From Octopus bimaculoides (lineage: Eukaryota), in the NCBI RefSeq assembly GCF_001194135.2, contig NC_068988.1, positions 92,199,539-92,263,538 of the forward strand: a stretch of DNA of 64,000 nt. The letters run 5' to 3'. Shown in pieces: positions 54,331 through 64,000 of the stretch. The number at the start of each line of letters is the position of its first letter. Positions within the stretch are counted from its first letter, which is position 1. A program made the position numbers and the translations under genes. The notes below the pieces were generated by a model. The model was not told where the DNA came from. It searched no databases and saw only the letters and a program-made list of their open reading frames with translations.

Positions 54331-54530
54331 TTTAAGCCAGAGGTTTCTCTTTTGTTTTGGTTGTATTTGGTTTACAGTTCATTTGCATAACTTTTTTTAA
54401 ACCTGTTTGTTTGTAGGGCTTTATTGTAAACTGGTACTGCTTGGTCAAATATTTTATCAGATGATATTGTAGACATTCTTTGGATTTATATTGGTGACTT
54501 AGTTTTTAATTATCAAAAGAGGGTGGTTAT
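54330..54530 (-). mobile_element. Penelope-like element fragment
   Basis: NHPLLIIKN..KIFDQAVPVYNKALQ, the typical PLE region after the RT. Confidence 0.6.
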
Positions 54531-55089
54531 AGTGCTTTATATATATATATATTCTTTCCTATTAGTATCACTTTCAACATGTCTTAATTCTGTCATATAG
54601 CCAAAAAGCTTTCTATGTGTAAAAAAAATACTTGTATCATTTATAATTTGTTTTATTTTTTTTATTAATTTCATTGCTTTCCCATTTTATATATTTTCCT
54701 GTTTTCCTCGTAACTTGTCCATTTTTACCATTCAGTCTAGACACCAACTCTTTCTATTTTACTTGTTTCATTTTGTCCTTCATGTTCACTCATTTACACC
54801 CCAGCAACATTCTGCTGTTGGCAGCATCAAATTGAACAATATTATTGATAAGGTATTGAAATTGTGATTATTTTTTGTTGATATCTGATGAAGTGTGAGC
54901 CTGTCCATGTCCTTTGTGTGCTTTTTACCTATTTACATTTGTTCCTTCATCCTACTCCTGTGTCACTGTAGTATATATATTAAGGAAAAGGAGGTAGTTA
55001 GGATTTGGATAAGAACTATTTATTTAGTTCTTTCATCCCTTTTAGGGATTCATCATAATAATTTTCTTTATAGAAAATTCATACCTTAT

Positions 55090-56300
55090 ATACATATATG
55101 AGTTAGTTGAAAAAAGCTGGAGTTGAATTTGTTTTCTTGGATTTTGAGATGAGGATGCTTTGGGAGTGGTTGAGATGTTCTTTGATATTTAGAATCTGTG
55201 TGTATATATATATGTATGTGTGTGTGTGGTAAATTTTTGGAGGCTTGGTTAGAGAGAGAAAAGGAAGACACGAAGAAAGAAAGAAAAGTGTCATGGGCAC
55301 TTTGTTTGGGATTCTGTAATGATAAGGTTTATCTATGGTTAGGATCAATGTAATGTTTAGGAAATCTACTATAAAGAATTTGGTTTAGATGACTATTTTG
55401 AGGCTGAACTCTTTGAAGGCATGTATTGCATATATTCTAAATGTCTTTTATTTGCCTCTGTCTATGTTTTAGGAAACTGATTGGCCATTGTCTCTACTCT
55501 AGATTGCTTGGATATGTTGCCTAGTTTTTCTGCTATATATATATTCCTACTAGTTTGCTTGTTTCTACTCCATTGTAGCATCACATACAACTGTTTATTT
55601 TCTTTATCTATGGTGAGCTATCATTGAATAGAAGAGACTTTCTCAAGTGCATTATTATATTATGTTGTTGGTTGCTGATTATGATAAAGTTGTTTTTTTT
55701 ACAAATACCAGCACTTTTATTAGGAGGTATTTTCCAATTAACAGGTAGAAATCTACAATGTAGAATTGTGTGAATCTATATAAAATTTTGTTCTTTTATC
55801 CCTCTACACCAGTTAATGACGGATGTACTTTCACTCTATTATATTAATCTTGTCACTTGTCTAATTTTGGAGTTGATATTGTCAGGGATTTTATAATTTA
55901 TATATTATTGTTTTGAGTGGGTGTCTTTGTCTATTTGTATACACCTTTTTTTTCTGATATTCAGTGATTTGGTGTATGAATTTAGCTTGTTTTTTAAGCT
56001 GTTTCTATGATTTTTAAATCTTACCTTCTTTATCATTTGTATGAAGCCCACTTTAAATGAACCTAAGTCTGTCAATTGTGATGGGCAGTTGAAGGTTCTG
56101 ACGACAAATATTTCTTGTGTACATATACCATTATTGTCTTTTGCATAGTAGTATGCATCCCCTTGCATATGCTAGATAATATTTTGGAATAAGCATTTCA
56201 AGGGATGATTTTTGTTAAATATTTAAATGTATGATATTCCATATTCAGCTTGCTTCTGTATGCCTAAATAATTTTTGACCTCATAGGAACTGTTTATACA
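55090..56300 (-). mobile_element. Penelope-like RT remnant, heavily decayed
   Basis: CPSQLTDL..FIQMIKKVRFK..IQIDK; IIMHLRKSLLFND; AFKEFSLKI..IVDFLNITL..PYHYRIPN. These are collinear with PLE RT motifs. Confidence 0.8.
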
Positions 56301-56686
56301 TTCAAATACTATAGTTTGTCAACAAACAATATCAAAGGATAATCACTACATAGTGTAAAGTACATGGCATATTCAAACTAAATCCTTTTTTCTTGTGATT
56401 CAACTTTCACACCAACATAAACACCTAGCAAAAAATTTTTTGCAATATTTTGGGCTGATTTATATACACTGAAATAAGATTAGTCTTTGCATATGACTAT
56501 TACTATCATTGACCATATTCTAAATGTTGCTTTATTTAGGTGTTGTCTGTGGTTGTTGTTGACTCATGTGCCAATTCATTGCTTGTAGAGTTTCATTCAC
56601 CAGTTTTGTCATTATATTTGGGTTGTCATTTGAAGAATAAAATATAAATAATGTTATATATTATGTATAACATATGTATGTATATG

Positions 56687-56722
<36 letters not shown>

Positions 56723-56944
56723 TACTTTGATTTGGCTATAGTATAACTAACATAGTTCATGAAATGTACCACAGTGTAACTGACTTAATCTAGCAAATAT
56801 AACAGTGTAACAGTGACTGATACAGTTATGCATTTGATGGAATGTGTCACTTATACTACAATGTTAGTGCATTTCCTGATTCATAACAGTCACACTATAA
56901 TGTGTTTTATGAACTGTGTCAGTTACAAATTACTGTTTGACTGT

Positions 56945-57128
56945 GTCCGCCAGGCGAAATGCTTAGCGGTATTTCGTCTGTCTTTATATTCTGAGTTCAA
57001 ATTCCGCCGAGGTCGACTTTGCCTTTCATCCTTTTGGGGTCGATAAATTAAGTACCAGTTGTGTACTGGGGTCGATCTAATCGACTGGCCCACCTACCCA
57101 AAAATTTTGAGCCTTGTGCCTAGAGTAG
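56945..57128 (+). mobile_element. family C SINE, 5'-truncated, young (CpGs intact)
   Basis: CCGCCAGGCGAAATGCTTAGCGG..GGTCGACTTTGCC..CCTTGTGCCTAGAGTAG. Confidence 0.85.
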
Positions 57129-57259
57129 GATGTTCATGTGTTTCATGATCAGTAACCATAAACTGTGACAATTACTATGCAATGAGTTTGATGGACTGTG
57201 TCAACTACAGTGCTATGTGTTTGATGGACTGTGTCAACTACAGTGCTATGTGTTTGATG

Positions 57260-57772
57260 CTCATCATGCCCTCCATCAGGACTTGTTTCATAAAGATAGG
57301 AAGAGGCACCTTCCAATAGTACTTGGCGAGGATGCAGAGCAGGGGTGCCCAATCCCTATGTCCACTATAGAGTCCTTCTATAAGGGAAGGCTCTCCACTC
57401 CGGGCCCTGAGGTGGATCTCTTTGACTATCCGGCTTCCTCCCAGGTGGATAACGGTCCTATTTTGCGGCCGTTCTCTGTAGAGGAGATGAAAATTAGTCG
57501 GAGGCAGATGAATCCTTCCTCAGAGGCAGGTTCAGATGGACTTAGTATTCGTAAGATTAAGTCCATGGGCCCATGCATTCTCGCCAACATATGTAGCTGC
57601 ATGTTGCTAGCCGGGAATGTTTCCAACATCCTGATCATGGTAGGTCAGTCCTGAAGCAAGAGGACGGACGATCCTATGGATCTTACCAATTGGTAACCTT
57701 TGACGATATGTTCAGCGGCGTATCATCTGTTTTCGAAAATGGTTGCCAAAAGAATGCTTCGAGTAACTCCCC
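57260..57772 (+). mobile_element. internal fragment of an R2-superfamily (R2/NeSL/Utopia-like) non-LTR RT ORF
   Basis: QDLFHKDRKR..ILRPFSVEEMK..SEAGSDGLS..ILANI..MLLAG..DDPMDLTNW*PLTICSAAYHLFSKMVAKRM matches the R2-type pre-RT region, domain 0 and domains 1-2. Confidence 0.8.
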
Positions 57773-58604
57773 TGATGGACCATGTCAACTACAGTGCTAT
57801 GTGTTTGCCGGACTGTGCCAAGTACAGTGCTATGTGTTTGATGGACTGTGTCAACTGCAGTGCTATGTGCTTGACAGACTGTGTGAACTACAGTGCTATG
57901 TGTTTGGTGGGCTGTATCAACTAAAGTGGTATGTGTTTGGTGGGCTGTGTCAGCTACAGTGCTATGTGTCTGATGGACTGTGTCAATTACAACACTGTGT
58001 TTCATGGACTGTTCAATTACAATACTGTGTTTCACGGACTGTGTCAGTTATCGTACTATGTGTTTGATGGACTATGTCAATTATACATTTTAGTGTTTTT
58101 GATGAACTATGTCAGTCTTTGTGTTATTCATCGTGTTTCATGGTCTGTGTCATTTAGGCTACCGAATGTTTGAAGGACTAAGTCAGTCATACTATAATGC
58201 ATTCAATGAATGGTGTCATGCACTATTTTCATTATTGTTGACATTGTGTAAATTTTGGCAATCTTCAGCATCTGTTTACATCACAAATGTATTCATATTT
58301 TTTTCATGTACTTCCCAAAGTGTTAATGTCTGTGATGTCTGGGTTTGTAATTGCGTATGTTTAATTGCAATTAATTTTTTCTTTTTCTTTTTATCTTCTG
58401 TTCTTTATTTTAATTTCTGAGAACATTTTGTTGAAAATTGTGAAAATAAAACTACAAATCATAAAATAAAGGATGATGATGAAGCCAGTAGTTATATTTT
58501 TACAATTTTCATTGAAATTTTGTGAGGGGATTATATGCTGCTTCCATCTTTGCAATTACTTCAGACAACAAAGCTGTATTTGTTATGTAAGTAAAGAAAA
58601 ATGA

Positions 58605-58930
58605 AGGAGCATGGCTCAGTAATTAGAACATCAGGCTCACAATAATGAAATAGTGAGTTTGATTCCTGGACTGGGCTGTGTGTTGTGTTCTTGAGCAAGT
58701 CACTTCATTTCATATTCCAGTTCACTCAGCTGTAGAAATGAGTTGCAACATCACTGGTGCGAAGTAGTATTGGCTTTGCCTTTCCCTTGGATAACATTGG
58801 TGGGGTGGAGAGGGGCGGCTTGTATGCATGGGCGACTGCTGGCCTTCCATAAACAACCTTGCCTAGACTTGTGCCTTGGAGGGGAACTTTCTAGGTTGTA
58901 ATTCCATGGTCATTCATGACCGACGGGGTT
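58605..58930 (+). mobile_element. family B SINE, full length
   Basis: GGAGCATGGCTCAGTAATTAG head, TTGAGCAAGTCACTT core and CATGGTCATTCATGAC tail. Confidence 0.85.
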
Positions 58931-59297
58931 CTACCAAAGAAAAGTTTACAAAATAGAATATTAAGAATGTCCAAAAGCAATACATTCTTTTTTTAACCCC
59001 AGGTAAATGGGATAGATGCTCAAAAGTACTAAAGTATAAAAAAAAACAAAAAAAAAGGAAAAAGTTTTGTAAAAAGTAAAACATGGTTATGTTTGAATTC
59101 TTTTGGAAACTCCATTACTAGCAACAACCTGTAGCAAACAGCATCATTGACAAAAGCCCCAATTCAACTGAGGATGAAGCAGATCAATGGCATTCCAGCT
59201 ATGACCATCATGTCTTACAGCTACATTATACAATGTTCTTCAGTTTAAGATAGTGGAATGTGATTTGTAGATTTCTTGGCTGCATGGTCGCGTAGAC

Positions 59298-59720
59298 ATA
59301 GCTGTGTTGTTAAGAAGTTCACTTTGCAACTGCATGGCTTCTGGTTCAATTCCACTGCATGACACCTTAGGCAAGAGTTTTCTGTTATAGCCCAGGGCCA
59401 AAAACTACATTGCGAGCGAATTTGATAGACAGAAACTGTGTGGAAACCCATTATATATATAAGTATATGTTTTTATGTGTCCTTGTGTTTGTACTTGTCC
59501 CCTTCTCACCACTGAACTGGTGTTGGTTTGTGTATGTCTCTGTGACTTAGCAGTCTGGCAAAAGAGAACGACAGAAAAAAGTGACAGACTTTAAAAGACA
59601 AGTAGTGGGGAAAAAGTGGGGTGTAGAGAGCGTGGCAATTTGTTTGACTAAATAAACCCTTGAAGGTGGTGCCCCAGCATGACCACAGTCAAATGACTGA
59701 TACAAGTAAAAGATAAATGA
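59298..59720 (+). mobile_element. family D SINE
   Basis: CATAGCTGTGTTGTTAAGAAG..GGTTCAATTCCAC..GACTGATACAAGTAAAAGA. Confidence 0.75.
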
Positions 59721-59759
59721 AATTTTTAAAGGTTGAATGACCAAGAAGACCGTGGCATA

Positions 59760-61300
59760 TGAAGACGGTGCTGTTCACCATTGATACTGTGGTAGCGATA
59801 ATGTTATGGTTATAACGTTGTAGTGAAAGAGTCGTCGTGATGCTGTTGCAGTGTTAGTGTTTGATGATGGGGGTAGGGTTCTTGTTCGGGTGGTGGTAGC
59901 GTAATGGTTGTATTGTTATGGTGATAGCGTTTTTGTTAGAGTTGGTGTTGCGGTAGTGGTAATGATATGATAGTGGTGGTCGTTGTGTTGTTGCGATGTT
60001 AGTGTTCTTGTGGTAGGGATGATGTGGCAATCGTGTTGTGACGTTAGTGTTGTTGTTGTGGTGATAATGTTTCTACAATGAGTGTTGTTGTTGTTGTGGT
60101 GTCTGTTGTAGTAGTTTTGTTGCTATGTTACTGTTCAACCGTATTTATTGATGCTGCTGATCCATTGACGTAATTTCTTTTGTTGTTATGTTCTAGTTTG
60201 TTGTACGCCACCACCACCACCACCACTACTCCCTACCATCACCTCTTCCCTTTGCTCGACTGTCTCCCTCACACCAGCGTCACACCGTCACTCCACAACA
60301 CCCGCAGTAGCAGCGTCCGCGCCTCCCTTCCTTCGTCACCAATCTCAACCGCTAACACCACCACCACCACCATTAACTTACCAGAAACAGTATCTCACTA
60401 GCAGCAGCAGCACTCCACTCCCCCCATCACCACAACCACCAGTACTTCCGACAGCACCACCCCTTCTTTCTTTCCACCAACACCGTCACCATCGTGCTTA
60501 TACCACCACCCTCACCACCTCTACCGTCATCACCCCGCCCGTCTGTGCCAGTATCACTCCACACAAGTTACACTCACTCAAACTGCCACCACACTGCTTA
60601 CAGCTGTCACCACTACCACTACTATAGTCAACGTCACCATAACCTCTTGTCGGTGTTGTTATTATGGTGTCGGTAGCAGTAGTAACAGTGATAGTTGTAG
60701 TAGTAGTAGTGTCTGTGCAAGTATTAGTAGTAGAGGTAGGAGCAGAAGTTACCATCATGGTAGTGGCGGTATTAATCGTGCAGCAGTAGTAGTAGCAACA
60801 GTAGTAGTAGCAGCAGCAGCAGTTGTAGTAGCAGAGGCTGTAGTTGGCTCTGATAGTGGTTCTGGTGAGATCACTCTGCTCTCTCCACTATCAACCTCAT
60901 ATCTCACTTTCTTTTTTCTTTTATTCCTTCACTTTCGTTCCATTTCTGTCTTATATGTACCACCTCCCACTTTCTCTTTCCTCCCCTATCTCTTACTGAC
61001 TTTCCTCCCCCTCCCCATCTTTTGCTGACTTTACTCCCCCTCTCTATCTTTTGCTGACTTTCCTCTTCCGTTCCATCTTTTTTGCTCACTCTGTCCTCTA
61101 CTCTGTCTTTCCTCACTCTCAGTGTCTCTTGTTCTTTCCCTTCTTTCTCCTCTATATATCTCGTTCCTTCTCTCAATATTTTATTCACTCTTTCCTCACT
61201 GTCTCTATCTTTTGTTCTGTCTGTTTTTTTTTCCTCTCCTCCCTCTATTTTCTGTTCTGTTTTATTCCCCCTCTCATCCGCCCTTTCGTTGTCTATAAAC
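59760..61300. repeat. mosaic low-complexity tract (GTT/GTG, then CAC, then GTA/GCA, then CT-rich)
   Basis: Degenerate trinucleotide blocks of alternating polarity followed by a polypyrimidine block. Confidence 0.8.
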
Positions 61301-61734
61301 ACCATAAAGATAGAATATAAGAGAACTTTAAATAGTGAAAGACAAGAAACTGAATGAATAAGTCAGAAATGAAGGAATAAGGTTGGAAAGAGAGAAATAA
61401 AACGTTAAGAAAGAGAAAACAGTAATTGAAGGGTTAGAATGAATAAGTGTTGTGTGTGAAACTTGATGACTAACGTGTCCAGGATGTGAAACATTAGTGT
61501 AACCTGACAGAAGTTACTATGACATTCTAATCAACAAGTTCTCTTTGTTTTGTATTTGATAAAAGACCAGAGGCTGGGCCAAACTCGTAGCCGTTAAATT
61601 GTAGCGCTTGATACGTCTTCAACAACTTCTATTTGCTTGTTAGACATATGGGGATCGCAGACCCCATAAGAAAAATAAAACCAAAAACTGCCCTCTTCAA
61701 AGAGTGAGCTGCTGGTTCCTTCTATACTGTCACA

Positions 61735-62605
61735 CACACACGACGGGTTTCTTTTAGTTTCCGTCTACCAAATCTATACAGAAAGCTTTATTCGGTCAGG
61801 GCTATAGTAGGAGACACTTGCCCAAGGTACATACGCTGTGCGACTGAATCGAAGACCACATTCACATGGTTAGGAAGCAAGCTAGCACATAGCCACGCCT
61901 GCTATATATATATATATATATATATATATCTCCGGGACTAAGTCATTCATTGTAAACTGGTCTTTAAGACTAAGATGTGTGATTTATGGAAGGCTTAGTT
62001 GTTATTTCTAGCAGGGCTCCAGGTCAGCTTTGATCGAGCAGCCCTTATGATCATAAATAACCGACCATAATTCAGAAGTATTCCACCTATAATCATTCTG
62101 TTCGTTAGTTACTTTTTTGTTCTGTTGACTATATTGTGTCCTTTTTGTATGAAACGTGAGAAATGAAGGAGATTTGGCTGCTATTTCGAGTGAGCTTTCT
62201 CATTGGCTCTTGTTGTTCACTCCCTGTTTTAATCACAGCTGTATATCTCGATTACTGCCTATATTCTTGCTTAGTTCCTTTCTATCTTTTACTTGTTTCA
62301 GTCATTAGACTGCGCCCATACTGGGGTACTGCCTTGAAGAATTTTAGTCGAACGAATCAACCCCAATACCTATTTTTTTTAAAGCCTGGAACTTATTCTA
62401 TCGGGCTATTTTTGCCGAAACGCTAAGTTATGTGGAGGGGGGTACCGATTTTCAAGCAATGGAGGGGGTCACACACGATAGGCTTCTTTCAGTTTCCTTC
62501 TACCAAATCTATTTACAAGGCTTTTGCCGGCCCGAGGTTATAGTAATAGACACTTGCCCAAGGTGTCACGTAGTGGGACTGAACCTGGAACCATGTGGTT
62601 ACTGC
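61735..62605 (-). mobile_element. two family D SINE pieces (61735-61905; 62230-62605)
   Basis: CGACGGGTTTC..TTTCCGTCTACC..GACACTTGCCCAAGG; TTAGTCGAACGAATCAACCCC..CCGAAACGCTAAG. Confidence 0.75.
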
Positions 62606-63791
62606 ACCTTAGTTTACTAGATAAATCGTCGAAGTTAACAACTCTACATTGCCTCACTTCATATATCTGCTTTGTAACGACAGACTACCATCTTATTAAA
62701 TAGTTGATTTATCTCTGTGCTAAGCACTAACATTTAATAAAACCTCAGGAATTTGGAGACCTCAATATATGATGCTCCCAAAGCCCCACCCAATGCGACT
62801 TACCCCTACTTCCCCAGCTGACAACAGCCACTACCAGCACACAGTTATTCATCTACTATATCCATCATACATTTTAACCATCATAGTTGTCTTGTATATG
62901 CGTATATGTCTCTAACGTTTTCTCAGCCCACACGGGTACATTGAATAGTTTGTCCACAGGCATTTGTTTCTCTAAAAACATTACTCTGCCAAACGCATCA
63001 TAGCATCCAATAGTTAGGTAGGGGAGAGAATCCTATCGTGTTAAACTTTTCATATTGACTATTTAGCTACTAATTTTCCAATAAAACAGCGAAGCTGTAA
63101 CTTCCAAGACTTCACTGTTAATAGCATCGGTGCATTTGGTGCTCTAGACGTGTTAGCTTTCTAACATTCCACCTTGAAATACTGCTACATTTTAACATTC
63201 CTTCCATTGTACCATCTACTCAGTGTTGATGTCATTGTTAATCTTTTCCTTCACACAAAGCATTATTTTGGTTTTGATCAGGGGCTGTGGACTGACAGAA
63301 TCGTTAGAGCGTCGGAAAATATGCCTTGCAGTATTTCTTCAGGCTCTTATGTTCTGAGTTCAAATCCCACCGAGGTCACCTTTGCACTTCATCCTTCCGG
63401 TGGCAATAGAATAAACTATTAGCTTAGTACTGAGGGTGATGGTATCAAATACAACCTTCCCCTCAAAATTGCTTGTTTTTTTCTGAAAGTTATGACCTCC
63501 CAAAGTCTGGGGGGTAAAACCCTGTAGTTATGCCTTTATTCTTTTACTTGCTATAATCACTCGACTGAGGCCATGGTAGGGCACCGCCCTGAAAAGATTC
63601 TTGTCAATCATATCGTCACCAGTACCTATTTTAAAATCTAGTATTAATTTTCAGCTGCACTGCACAGACACCGGTTTTCAAGCGGTGTTAAACATAAACA
63701 CCAAGAAGACCAATGCTCCCTCTATCTCTTTCATGTGAGTGTGTGTGTGTGTGTGTGTTAGAGAAAAACTTGAAGTATGAATTTGATGTAC

Positions 63792-63910
63792 CTTTATTTT
63801 ATCCGTGAAAGGAATACCAGATTCATGCGTACACCATAGCCCTATTCGGATCACATAGAACCCTGTGGGATCATGCACCAGAAGGCGTTGAACGTGATTA
63901 ATATTAAAAG
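63792..63910 (-). CDS. putative internal coding exon (119 nt, phase 1 to 0), resembling the C-terminal strands of an iGluR/LIVBP-type amino-terminal domain
   Basis: Acceptor ttttggtcgcag with an upstream ACTAAAT branch-like motif, donor AAG|gtacat, and only one open frame: (A)FNINHVQRLLVHDPTGFYVIRIGLWCTHESGIPFTDKIK. By memory this resembles kainate-receptor F.L.(I/V)..L...G..KIG.W....SGL..T; not searched. Confidence 0.4.
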
Positions 63911-64000
63911 CTGCGACCAAAACGATAATTTAGTCGCGCCCCTTACGCATCCATTTCCACTACTTATAGTTTCCGCCTATCAATTTCACTCAGACCTCGG

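Larger units (their letters stand above)
56830..58200. repeat. 33-bp minisatellite array interrupted by a SINE and an RT fragment
   Basis: Unit GATGGACTGTGTCAACTACAGTGCTATGTGTTT (translates to the repeated CQLQCYVFDGL); decays toward both edges. Confidence 0.92.

Noticed and set aside
57690-58173. Cys-rich repeat proteins or a CRISPR-like array
   Set aside because: This is a contiguous 33-bp minisatellite with no unique spacers; the stop-free frames are a by-product of the unit.

Overview
Repeat-dense animal genomic DNA from a gapped scaffold (nine N-runs). The SINE families, (GAT)n-tailed repeats and microsatellites look like an Octopus genome, which is an inference from pattern recognition and not a search. 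I can support no complete host gene. Most listed ORFs are artefacts of N-runs, microsatellites or repeats. The window is a layered transposon graveyard: several tRNA-headed SINE families (some with clean target-site duplications, TSDs), RTE-type LINE fragments, three mariner remnants, several MITEs, a 2.1-kb hAT-like non-autonomous element, Penelope-like RT remnants and minisatellite arrays. The most unusual items are: (1) a ~2.3-kb TSD-flanked, AATAAA-terminated insertion (30639-32925) inside a SINE head that seems to encode only an ORF1-like protein; (2) an internal R2-superfamily RT fragment embedded in a 33-bp minisatellite; (3) a repeat core shared by distant minisatellite arrays; (4) two long fold-back hairpins; (5) CpG-retaining zones; (6) one plausible minus-strand coding exon (63792-63910) resembling the end of an iGluR/LIVBP-type amino-terminal domain. 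SINE family letters A-F are my own working labels. Coordinates of decayed repeats are approximate.
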